DNA from: Macrostomum hystrix
Taxonomy: Eukaryota > Animalia > Platyhelminthes
Length of the DNA stretch: 64,000 bases
NCBI GenBank assembly: GCA_950097015.1
Contig: CATNEN010000029.1
Location: 4,278,001-4,342,000 of the forward strand
Reading direction: 5' to 3'
Of this stretch, positions 12,977 through 27,211 are shown in pieces. Below the pieces are notes generated by a model. It did no database searches, was not told the origin of the DNA, and saw nothing but the letters and a program-made list of their open reading frames with translations. The position numbers and the translations under genes were made by a program. The stretch's first letter is position 1. Each line of letters opens with the position of its first letter.

Positions 12977-15900
12977 GCTTTCAGAGATATCAGCTGCAAT
13001 ACAATTTGGTCAACATCCTAGCACAACACTGCCTAGTACAAGTCATTAGAAAAAGTAAACATCACAGTCCATTAAGTTACATTTAGAAGAAGGATGTAAG
13101 GATAATAAATATTTTTGGCATAGCTAATATGACAAGAAAAACATATATAAAATTCTAAATCTACTAGCTTAACATTAAAATACTTAATAGTGTCCAAAAT
13201 GTAGCCAAAACGAATCTATAATCTAAAATGTATAATTAGGTCAAAACTTCACAAATTATTTTTGATACTGATCAGCCACATTTCTGTTGGGCAAACATTT
13301 ATTTACATATTTCAATTGCAACCCATTTTTTATTTTAGTCTAGCAAATCACTATAGCCCAAAAATAGTACAAGAAAGACATAAAAGTATAACAAAAAATC
13401 TTGTTTAGATTCAACAAATTGTTTAAATGCTAAAAATCTCTTACTTATACAAACTACATTATCTTTTTATACTTAAACAGAAAGAGCATTGTGCAGCATA
13501 TTTAGCAAAAAGGTGATAAAGCAGTACTGCTTGACTAAAAGTTGATAATACCCCAAGTAAATGTTAGTTAAAACCAGAATGATTAAACACATTAATAAAA
13601 TTAACTATATCTGCTTTAATTATAATAAATATTAAGCAAAACAAATCAAACAAACCAATAACAAAGACTAAGAATGACTAAGAATGTATTTTCATAGGGG
13701 GATGACCATGACCAAACTAGCTAACTACTGTATAAAATAAGTAAGCCCTTTGTTTCAACTAGTCTGCAACTAGTATTCAACTAGTTTCAACCTAGATAAA
13801 TAATTCTAACATAACATATGCCCTGGTAAATATACAAAGTATGTTGTACTGTTGTAGTAATTGTTGCTTATTTGTTAGCTCTAGCTAGATACCTAGATAG
13901 CTAGATACAGTCAACCTCTAAGTATACTTATAACAATAAAATAAAGAAATAAATATGCACATTTATTCTGTTGATACAATAAACACTAAATCAATTCTGA
14001 GAGTAGCCTTTGTGTTCTGTATGTGAATGTGTCTTCTTAATATTCCATTAACAGTCATTTTCATTTTGTTTTCATTTATAAGTCTGAGAAAAAGCTCCCA
14101 GTTTTCCATTGCGAAAATTTATTAGTGTGTATAAATAGCGTTGTAGGCTTGTATTAAGGGGGCCTATTAAATTTTTTGTTGGTAAAAGAATATTGTAAGT
14201 TGTACTGCAACTGCTGTTTTGACAATTCCGACTTGTGAGCAAAGATAATATTATTTCACCTCGTCCTTATATTTTTTATAATAAATGCGCAAAAAAAGCA
14301 GAAAAGTGGGCTCATGGTTGAATAGATCTTTAATTTCGAAACGTTAATGAATGAGAGACGCCGACATTTTTTTGCTAGCCTGTTAAATGATTGATGCACT
14401 TAAAATAAATCAGTCTGTCCGCCAAGTTCAATCCAAGTGCAAAGCCATAAATTCTAATTTTCTGTTTCTAAAATTTTTAAGTTAATTATCTTATTAAATA
14501 GTAACCAAAAATATAACTTGGATTCACTTAGGAAAAGAAACTAGGAGATAGACATTTGCTTAAAGAAAACTTTGTTTAACTATTTTAACGAAAAGATTCC
14601 CGGCTTTTAGATGGGTAATGCATCAATACTTCTCAATCCCTTGTTAACTGTATGTGAAAAGCTTTTCAGGAGGCTTTGGAGATGCTGGGCGATTGCCTGC
14701 GTAAGTTTGCGATAACCAATTCGATATGGGAAATGAACTAATTGGTTTAGTCTATTGGTTTCTATTTTTATTGTAAATTATTAAAAACTATCTTATTCAG
14801 CACTATTTACTTTTTCTGAACACTAAGGGCAGATATAACACCACCTAAAGGTTATAACCACTCCTTCCAACCTGTTTTATGATACAATAGTGATTCGTAT
14901 TGCACTTTGTACTTTTGCTTGGTCTGATTAGAACATACAAAGGTGCTGTCACGATTTTCAATTGCGAGCACCTGTAGGTTTAGGAAGTCGCGCCGGTGAT
15001 TTTTAGGGCGTTGATTAGATTTGAAGGGCCCTTCTGGCAACACAATGTTGCCATTATCGAGAGCAATACAGGACAACACATCGACATAAATGCAGATTTG
15101 TATTTCTGTCAGGTGCAGCTGCATATTTGATGTAAAAGCTTCCAAAACAATGCTAATATATAGTTCAAAATTATTAATATAGTTAAAAGGACAGTATAAG
15201 TATGTAACCAGCTATCTAGATAAAAAGTTCATTTTCGTTTTTGAATCGAAAAATTTAAGTACGCTCGTAATTAACAACACATTGCTCGTAATAATGCAAC
15301 AGGTGTCCTTAGTGTTGCTAAGTTTTCTTAGCAGTATGCCAAAAAACTCGGAGAGATAGACAATTCTGCTCTTTGACAAAGCAAGATTTACTATACCAGT
15401 GACAGTTTGCCATGATTGAATCACTGTAAAGGATATTCTGATAGCGGGATTGGCCACTGGAACAAGGAACAAATGCTCAAACGAATTATTGATTATGTTG
15501 CATATTCTGTTAACAGCCAAAGATATTCATGAATTCCAACGAATAACTAATACAGTCCCTTTTTATTTCTTTATTAGAGTATATATTTAGTAATAGAAAG
15601 AATACGTTAACTATGGCCCACTGCGAGCAGACAATCAATTGGTGCTAGAAGACGTTTTTTGAAGGCTTAAATCGCAGCGGTGGCTAAAATTTCAGAAAGT
15701 GAGAAAAATTCTACAGCAAAATTTATTTTTCTACTTTTGGTAAGGCTACGCAGAACTGGACAGGGCGATGTTAAAGGTTTCTATGTCGCGAAGATGCCAG
15801 AAAATTGGATTTTAACGGTCGGTTAACAGCTTGTGCACGAGAGGTGGGCAGCTAATCCAAATCCAGATCACACTCAAACATTGAGTTTGAAAAGAACGGT

Positions 15901-16007
15901 ACTATCTTTTAGTGTCTCATTCGCGTTACCTAGATTGTGAAATAGAGTGGGTTTCAATTTTCAATATTTAGATATTTCTCCGAAGTTCCGCGTGAGTCTA
16001 ATCGGCT

Positions 16008-19138
<3,131 letters not shown>

Positions 19139-19244
19139 TGTGCTGCCGACTTAAGTTGATTGGGACTAAATAATATAACTGCAAATAAAGGGTGGAAAGA
19201 TGTCTAATCACATCTGAAGGCTGCGTACAGCTGTTCAGTCAATG

Positions 19245-19395
19245 GACTAGGGAGGGAAGCCACACACACCTTTAATTACCCCAGCTAATGCTGGTACCCA
19301 TTTAACAGCTGGGTGAACTTAAGCAATGCAGAGTTAAGTGTCCTGCTAAAGGAGAATCGAACCCCCGACCTTCGAGTTGTAGGTCCGAAGCTCAA
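19245..19395 (-). mobile_element. tRNA-derived SINE (GGTACC/CAGCTGGGTG body)
   Basis: Plus strand GCTAATGCTGGTACCCATTTAACAGCTGGGTGAAC...GAATCGAACCCCCGACC; the body is shared with 47740-47895 and 50590-50670. Confidence 0.7.
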
Positions 19396-20254
19396 CAAAC
19401 GAATTTATAAACGAATTATTAGGTAATCACTTACTCAAAGACCTATTTTACGTAGGTAAAGGCCGCCTTAAACTAATAGGTTAAATAAAAAGAGATGATA
19501 GGAGAAATTGCAAAGCCACAACTGTGATGAAAAAACTCACGCACATATTTTTTAATACATGAAACAAATTCACAAACAGTATGAAAAATGAAACTGCAGT
19601 CAGCACAAGAAATAGCAAGCAAGTAAGACAACAAAATGGGGGTTTGGTGTAACACAGTAAATAAACAATCAGAATTCCAATAAATAGTATTTTATTGCAT
19701 TCAATAGTTTACAGTTATTGATGAATAAGACAGATACTTGGGACAGTATTCAAAGCATAAAATGAGTAAGTGTGAAATTTGAAGGCATGCTGTTAATTCA
19801 ATAAACTTTATCTATTATAGATACATTTGTGAATTGATACAGTTTGAATAGAAAGAAAGCATCTTAAATAAAAATGAAAACTGAAAATTTATCAAATGGC
19901 ATGCCAATAGGAAAGGAATGCCTTAACTATTATAGATTGGATTTATTAAAAAGAGCCATAAGAAAAAAACACTTTCGAAGATGAAATGCCCTATCTTATA
20001 CTTTTGAACGTAACTATTTTATTGCGTCGTAAAACAACACCTTGCAACTGAGCTTAATAAAGTTCTTACAGCAATATTCATTTCTGGTGTGTTTAGTAAC
20101 TAACATCTACCGAATAATAAAAGCGAGATTTGTTACCAAGCGCAAGGTTGAGCTAATTAGGACCATTTAAGAAGTAGGAGAAACGACGAAAACGAATAAG
20201 TAAGGGCCAGTTGTGACGATGAGGGTTGCAGCAGCGGAAAATGGGTGTTGATTA

Positions 20255-20795
20255 CGGCGGAATATGAATTGGGTAGGTGTTGTCAGCGGCCGACAAAGAA
20301 TGGGGTGGGTGTTGTTTACACCGACGAAAAATGGGGTAGGTGTTGTTAGCGGCCAACAAAGAATGGGGTGGGTGTTGTTTACGCCCACGAAAAATGTGGT
20401 AGGTGTTAGCGGCCAACAAAGAATGGGGTGGGTGCTGTTTACGCCGACGAAAAATGGAGTAGGTGTTGTTGGCGGCCAACAAAGAATGGGGTGGGTGTTG
20501 TTTACGCCTACGAAAAATGGAGTAGGTGTTGTTGGCGGCCAACATAGAATGGGGTGGGTGTTGTTTACGCCGACGAAAAATGGGGTAGGTGTTGTTAGCG
20601 GCCAACAAAGAATGGGGTAAGTAGAATGGGGTGGGTGTTGTTTACGCCGAAAAATGGGGTAGGTGTTGTTAGCGGCCAACAAAGAATGGGGTGGGTGTTG
20701 TTTACGCCGACGAAAAATGGGGTAGGTGTTGTTAGCGGCCAACAAAGAATGGGGTGGGTGTTGTTTGCAGCGGATAAAGAATGGGGTGGGTGACG
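20255..20795. repeat. 63-bp G/T-rich tandem repeat between RSRC2 and ATP5F1B
   Basis: Unit GAATGGGGTGGGTGTTGTTTACGCCGACGAAAAATGGGGTAGGTGTTGTTAGCGGCCAACAAA, about 8 copies. Confidence 0.93.
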
Positions 20796-21002
20796 TTAGC
20801 AGGAAGAAAGGGAGATAGGTGTCAGCTCACAATCGATGGTTTTGGTGACGGCAGGAAAGTGTTGTTGCGCCGTTTTAATTTGAATTTAGCGATTGAGGAA
20901 ACAAATTCTTCAAGACTAGAGGGAGAACAACTTTTAGGCACTTCGTAACTGGGTTACGTTAAAAGCAAACGGAAATGACATTTTTTATCACAAGTTAAGC
21001 TG

Positions 21003-22370
21003 TCACTTCGCAATATAGCTCCCACCAGAGACGCTAGACGCGAAGCCAAGCCCCGCGCTGCGCAGACCTTGTTTGGCCTGAACGTATTGCGTCTCCAATC
21101 TATTAAAAATCTCCTCCTGGCGTTTGCGTGCCTGAGCGGCGCCCTCAGCTGAAGCGGCCAATCCCACGCTAGACGACGCCGAGGCTGAGGAAGCGCCGGC
21201 CGGAGCGGCTGGTGCAGACGACTCCGCAGCTTCGCTGGCCTGCTGCTCAGTCAAACCTTCACGACCTTCAGTCTGATTGCCGGACGGACCGGCGCGCATG
21301 CCCATCAGTTTGCAAAACTTGCCAGGGTCCCCGTTGACGGCTCCCAATTGGCGCGACCAGGCTTTCTCCGTCTTGCTGGAATTCTGGCCGGCCTTTGACC
21401 ACAAGAGGCGGCGTTTCTGCTCCTGCTGGGCGTACCGGTTAGCGTCAACAGACGAGGGATTGTAAAACTTTGGCACCTCGATGCCAGATGCTGTCGCTGC
21501 AGCAGCAGCTGCCTGCTGCTGTTTGTGCTGCATCTGCTGCCTAATTGCAGCCGCCTGCAGTGCTAAAATACGCTGGCGTCGCTGCTCTAGCACCTGAGCA
21601 TTCTCAAACGGCGCAGCCTGATGCTGCGATGACGGATTGGTTGACGCAGCGGCTGCCGCTTGAGTCGCGCATGAAGAGGCCGCTGGGTTAGCACAGGCTG
21701 CCCGACTAATTAGGTGGCCGCTAGCCGATGCTCCAGACGATGATCCTGATGCCGACGATCCTGAACGACGGCGACGTCGTCGATGTCTACGATGATGCCG
21801 GGAACGATGATGACGCTGATCATCGCGACTGTGGCCGCTACGACCGTGCCGTCGATGATGTCGACGCCGATGCCGACGATGGTGACGATCGCGGTCGGAG
21901 CGTGATCCGCTGCTGCTGCGGCTTCTGGTAGGACTTCGACTGCGGCTACCGGATGCTACAGGACTGCGACTGTGGCTCACGCTGCGACTGCGACTTCGAC
22001 TACGTCTACGTCGGCTACCGCGATGTCGCCGATGCCGGTGATGCCGCCGACTGTGCCGATGCCGTCTACTGCGCCTATCGTCATAGTCTTCATCAACACC
22101 CTTATCGTCGGCGTAGTCGCTCGCACTCTGATTACTGTCCTTGTCGTCATGATCATCTGCTTCACTGGGTCGACTTTGCTCGGCACCTTCTGCCGGAGCG
22201 CAGTCTATGTCAACATCGACTCCGCCTGTTGCAGGTGGCAGTGAGCCGTCATTGTCGGCTTTGTTGACTGGCTCGACGGTATCGGCCAGATCGGCTGGCG
22301 AACCGCTAGCATCGACCTCAGCCGCCGCCGTTGCCGCTTCAGCAACTTCTGCTGGCTGCTCGGATGGATT
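21003..22370 (-). CDS. RSRC2: Arginine/serine-rich coiled-coil protein 2 (RS region plus C-terminal SMAP-like domain); single large exon with no in-frame ATG
   Basis: The frame stays open upstream of the track's GTG start (21980) to the acceptor TTTTCAG|AAT at 22370 (translated by hand). EVPKFYNPSSVDANRYAQQEQKRRLLW, GKFCKLMG and QEEIFNRLETQY...GLGF match the RSRC2 C-terminus. Confidence 0.8.
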   Translation of the reverse strand, partial: NPSEQPAEVAEAATAAAEVDASGSPADLADTVEPVNKADNDGSLPPATGGVDVDIDCAPAEGAEQSRPSEADDHDDKDSNQSASDYADDKGVDEDYDDRRSRRHRHSRRHHRHRRHRGSRRRRSRSRSRSVSHSRSPVASGSRSRSPTRSRSSSGSRSDRDRHHRRHRRRHHRRHGRSGHSRDDQRHHRSRHHRRHRRRRRRSGSSASGSSSGASASGHLISRAACANPAASSCATQAAAAASTNPSSQHQAAPFENAQVLEQRRQRILALQAAAIRQQMQHKQQQAAAAAATASGIEVPKFYNPSSVDANRYAQQEQKRRLLWSKAGQNSSKTEKAWSRQLGAVNGDPGKFCKLMGMRAGPSGNQTEGREGLTEQQASEAAESSAPAAPAGASSASASSSVGLAASAEGAAQARKRQEEIFNRLETQYVQAKQGLRSAGLGFASSVSGGSYIAK

Positions 22371-22609
22371 CTGAAAACGTCGGATTGCTTAAGCCGGGGA
22401 TGCCACCGGAAGAAATCAGAGAATGCAGGAAATAAAAGGAGTGGGGAGTTGGAATTTATTTTAACTAGTTAATAGTTTTAAATAGGCTTGTAGTCTTATA
22501 CATCACAATTTTAGACCCATCGTAGTTAGAAAACCTAATTTAAGACTACGCTTTAAAGCGCTATTTTTAAATAAATTATTTTTTATCTATTTGACTATTG
22601 AAAGGCGGA

Positions 22610-22760
22610 GGTCATGGCCCAGTAGTTAGAGTTTTGGACTTCTGACCGAGAGAAGTCTTGAGTTCGAATCTTAGTCCATGGAAAATGGTAATTGAGCAGA
22701 AGTCTACCTATACATGCTTCTGTTCAACCGGCTGTAAAATTGGCGGATACTGCACGGGGC
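22610..22760 (+). mobile_element. tRNA-derived SINE, degenerate
   Basis: GGCCCAGTAGTTAGAGTTTTGGACTTCTGACC...GAGTTCGAATC head, followed by TTCAACCGGCTGTAAAATTGG. Confidence 0.55.
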
Positions 22761-22922
22761 TTACTAGACTATGTGAACAGATAGATGTACGCAACTTATT
22801 AATGCTCTGACTGTACCTCAGGTCCTACTGGACTGTGTTTTTTTATCTATGATAGGTTTTATTTAAAGGCGTTTTAATGGTAACTAATTTAATATATAAA
22901 AAATAAATTTAAAATGAATTTA

Positions 22923-23069
22923 AACTGTTCCAAGGTCTCTTAAACAGCAGGGCAATGTTAATTGCAATCCCCGCCATTCCTTATACCCCAGGAGTATTTA
23001 ATGTCTCCAAGCTGATTCTGGGCTATCAGAAGCGAATACATCATTTGGCATGCCCCTGAAGCTGAAAGG
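22923..23069 (-). ncRNA. Candidate H/ACA snoRNA upstream of the RSRC2 acceptor
   Basis: Two hand-folded hairpins, H box ACATTA (23004-22999), terminal ACA plus 3 nt (22928-22926), about 147 nt. No target found. Confidence 0.4.
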
Positions 23070-23387
23070 TTCGCTTGGAAGGATAGTTAATCTTGCTTGA
23101 AAAGAGCTAACTTATCACTGGCGAAAAAAAAATAAATACCAATCACTTTCATTAAAACAAACAATTTTTTTTTCTTTTTCTGTTTAATAAAAAACGTGCG
23201 CGGACTTATTACAACCTTTGCAACTGAAATATTACTATCGAGCTGAAAAGAATGTTTAAATTCTAGCGTGAAGCTTATTCAAAATGATGCGGTTCGATTG
23301 ATCGGGGTTCAATATTTACTTTATAGGTCGCTAGTCGAGTGACATAGACACTTATTCGACTGGAAACGGGGTGGTGAGTCTTCTTTA

Positions 23388-23905
23388 GGACTAGGATTGT
23401 GAGTCTCAAGGACTGGGATTGTGAGTCTCAAGGACTGGGATTGTGAGTCTAATGGACTGGGATTGTGAGTCTCAAGGACTGGGATTGTGAGTCTCAAGGA
23501 CTGGGATTGTGAGTCTAATGGACTGGGATTGTGAGTCTCAAGGACTGGGATTGTGAGTCTCAAGGACTGGGATTGTGAGTCTAATGGACTGGGATTGTGA
23601 GTCTCAAGGACTGGGATTGTGAGTCTCAAGGACTGGGATTGTGAGTCTAATGGACTGGGATTGTGAGTCTAATGGACTGGGATTGTGAGTCTAATGGACT
23701 GGGGTTGTGAGTCTAATGGACTGGGGTTGTGAGTCTAATGGACTGGGATTGTGAGTCTCAAGGACTGGGATTGTGAGTCTCAATGACTAGGACTGTGAGT
23801 CAAGTGGACTGGGATTGTGAGTCTCAAGGACTAGGACTGTGAGTCAAGTGGACTGGGATTGTGAGTCTCAAGTACTGGGATTGTGAGTCTAATGGACTGG
23901 GGTTG
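23388..23905. repeat. 22-bp minisatellite GGACTGGGATTGTGAGTCT(CAA/AAT), partly with 66-bp higher-order periodicity
   Basis: Tandem copies; the translation repeats every 22 aa. Confidence 0.95.
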
Positions 23906-24634
23906 TGTATCTCATAGACTCATAGTTAAGTGGCCAGAAGAATAAAAATCAATACTAAAAAACGATAAAAAACTGAATTATAACCAGAGAGAAACAGGTG
24001 ATAGCATATTTGTTGAGGGCTAGACAAACCGCAGCTCAAAAACGGAAACATTACAATAACAAAAAACAAAACTTGATGCGGAACGAGAAACAGCAAATTG
24101 GAGAATAATCTACTGTAAATGCAAATCCGCAACGGTAAAAGTTAGGAGGAGCTAACAAAATCCCAGAGCTGTCAAATAGAATGAAACAAGCAAGTTTTGC
24201 CTTCACTCGAGAATCTCAGATGATTCATTGAATTTATTCTCGCCTGTTAAGTTCGCTACAAGTTTTTCAATTTCTACTTTAGCAAAAACGCAATTATAGG
24301 ATTCGGTTGCGAAATCTCCCTTTGTTTGCTAATTACCATATAATATATACTAATATACACGTATTTTACTAATATAATTAAAAGTGAAGATCATTAATCA
24401 CTAGGTCTAAAATTACAGATAAATGCAATGGAAAGCTTTTCATTATACGTAATAAAAGCGATCTACATTACATCGAATCTGGCTAATACCAAAATTTTAG
24501 AATAATTTTAAACTTACAAAAATTTCTTACAAAGAGATAAGTAATTGTATATTTCTTTGGGTGCAAACAATAGCAAATAGTCTATACCAAGTTCAAAACA
24601 ACAATACACATATTGCACCAATAAAAAATCCAAT

Positions 24635-27211
24635 CTATAGGACTATTCCGGCGCCAAAATCGTCACGACGATTGCGTCGCTGATTAAAGTTAGGGCCATG
24701 TTCGGCTTTATTCCGCTCGAAGCGTTCGGCCATTCGCGTCAGCTCTTCGGGCACCTCCTGTTTGGCCTCTTTAAGAATGCCGATAAGCTCGCCAGCTTTG
24801 TTCCAATCCTTGCGCGTCACGAAAGTGATTGCTATGCCAGTGGCGCCGGCGCGACCAGTGCGACCAACTCGATGAACATACTCTTCCATGTTCTTGGGCA
24901 TGTCCATGTTAATGACGTGTGTAATATCGCGAACATCGAGTCCGCGGCTAGCCAAATCGGTGGCAACTAGGATGCGACAGTCTCCAGAGCGGAAGTTGCG
25001 CAGAGCCTCTTCTCGATCGTGCTAATATCAAAAGAAGACTTACTGATTTTAATAGTCTTTCAAATACTGGAATGATATGACTCTCAAGAAAAAATTACTG
25101 TCCAAAAAGTATTAATTATCACTTACCTGGTCTCGATCGCCGTGAATAGCTTCAACATCTAGCCCGATCATCACCATATCTGTGGCTAGCTGATCGGCGT
25201 AAATTTTTCGGCTAACGAAGATGAGGACCTTGTCCTGTGGCTGCATTTCTTGACTGACAAAGCGCAAAATGCACGGCTTCTTATCGTCTTCATCAACAAT
25301 CTCAATATACTGAGTGACTGAGTGCACTGCGGCTAGATCAAGTGAGCCAACATAGCACTGCACCGGGTCAGTCATGTACTTATCGGCAATTCGTCTAACA
25401 CCAGATGGCCACGTGGCCGAGGTCATGACCGTCTGACGGTCGGGTCGGATCTTTGAAATGGCGCGGATGATCTGTGGCTCAAAACCCATGTCTAACATTC
25501 GATCGGCCTCGTCTAGAATCAGATAGCTGACGTTAAACAGGGACAACTTTCCCTCAGCGACAATGTCGTTAAGGCGGCCTGGTGTGGCTACAACAATCTC
25601 AACGCCGCTCTCAACCTGAGCTACCTGTTGTCGTCTAGAGCCTCCACCGTAAACGCAGACGCAACGGATTCCTTTGTAGGCGTATTTCTCCACTTCGCCT
25701 TGGATCTGCAGGGCTAGCTCGCGGGTTGGGCTTAGCACAAGAACGGTCGGACCATTGCGTTGCTCTCGCGGCTTTAACTGACCTTCGATATGAATGAATG
25801 CCGGCAGTAAAAAAGCAAGTGTTTTGCCAGTTCCAGTCTGAGCAATGCCGATAAAATCCATGCCCTTTAGAAGAACTGGCCAAGCCTGGCACTGAATTGG
25901 CGACGGTCGCTCGAATCCGTTCTTTATGATCTCGCGCATGATTCCTGGATAGGGAGCCCAGGCATCTTCGAATCTGCGCACGGGATTCGGAATGGACCGC
26001 TTTGAGCTGCTCTCAGCTTTTAGGTCTTGCACAGTGATGTTGTTAAGTTCGGCGTACAGTGCTTGTTTCTCGCTCTCTGTCATTTGAGCGACTGATGGCG
26101 CCTCCTGATAGAAGTCCTTCTGAATCGGCGGCTCATTCGCCCATGGCTCAAACGCAGCCTTGGCCATATTTGCACGTATTTCAGCCCAGGGGATTCGGCG
26201 TGGCGGTGCAGGATCAGCATTATTTGCTTCACCACCACCGCCGCCAGCGCCACTTTCAAAGCCTCCGCCGTCGGCACCACCTCCAAAGCCTGCGCCATTG
26301 GCACCACCTCCAAAGCCTCCGCCGCCAGCGCCACCACCAAAGCCACCGCCGTTGCCACCACCTCTAAAGCCTCCACCGCCAGCGGCACCACCGAAGTCTC
26401 CGCCGCGAGCGCCGCCTCCGAAACCACCTCCGAAGTCTCCGCCACGAGCGCCACCTCCAAAGCCTCCGCCGCCAGCGCCGCCTCCGAAGTCTCCGCCACG
26501 AGCGCCACCTCCAAAGCCTCCACCGCCAGCGCCGCCTCCGAAGTCTCCGCCACGAGCGCCACCTCCAAAGCCTCCACCGCCAGCGCCGCCTCCGAAACCA
26601 CCTCCGTTGGCACCACCTCGGAAGTCTCCGCCGCGAGCGCCACCTCCAAAGCCTCTGCTGCCAGCGCCGCCTCCGGAACCACCGCCGTTGGCACCATATC
26701 CGAAGCCTCCACCGCGAGCGCCACCTCTAAAGCCCCCGCCGCCAGCGTCACCTCCAAAGCCTCCGCCGCGAGCGCCGCCTCCGAAACCACCGCCGTTGGC
26801 ACCACCTCCAAAGCCTCCACCGCGAGCGCCACCTCTAAAGCCCCCGCCGCCAGCGTCACCTCTAAAGCCCCCGCAGCCAGCGTCACCTCCAAAGCCTCCG
26901 CCGCGAGCGCCACCCCCGAAGCCTCCGCCATTGGCACCACCTCTGAAGCCTCTGCCGCCAGTGCCACCCCCGAAGTCTCCGCCATCAGCGCCACCATTGA
27001 AGCCTCCACCTCTGTTGCGACCGCTAAAGCCTCCGCCATTGGCGCCACGTTCGAAGCCTCCGCCATTGGCACTACTTCTGAAACCTCCACCTTCAAAACC
27101 ACTTCTAAAGCCTCCACCACAAGCACCACTTCTGAAGCCTCCACCATCAGTGCCACCTCTGAAACCGCGACCAAAGCCACCTCTTGAAGGGAGGCTTGCA
27201 CCTTCTGAATC
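24635..27211 (-). CDS. DDX43: DDX43/DDX53-like DEAD-box RNA helicase with an N-terminal FGG/RGG repeat region, 2 exons
   Basis: Exons 27211-25127 and 25021-24635, phase 0. IPWAEIR...PPIQKDFY...[12 protein letters not shown] motif [53 protein letters not shown]. The G/F/R repeat is in frame upstream of the track's 26167 ATG. Confidence 0.88.

Noticed and set aside
21728-22267. Several plus-strand ORFs rich in D/C/V
   Set aside because: They are antisense shadows of the RSRC2 RS/His repeat region.
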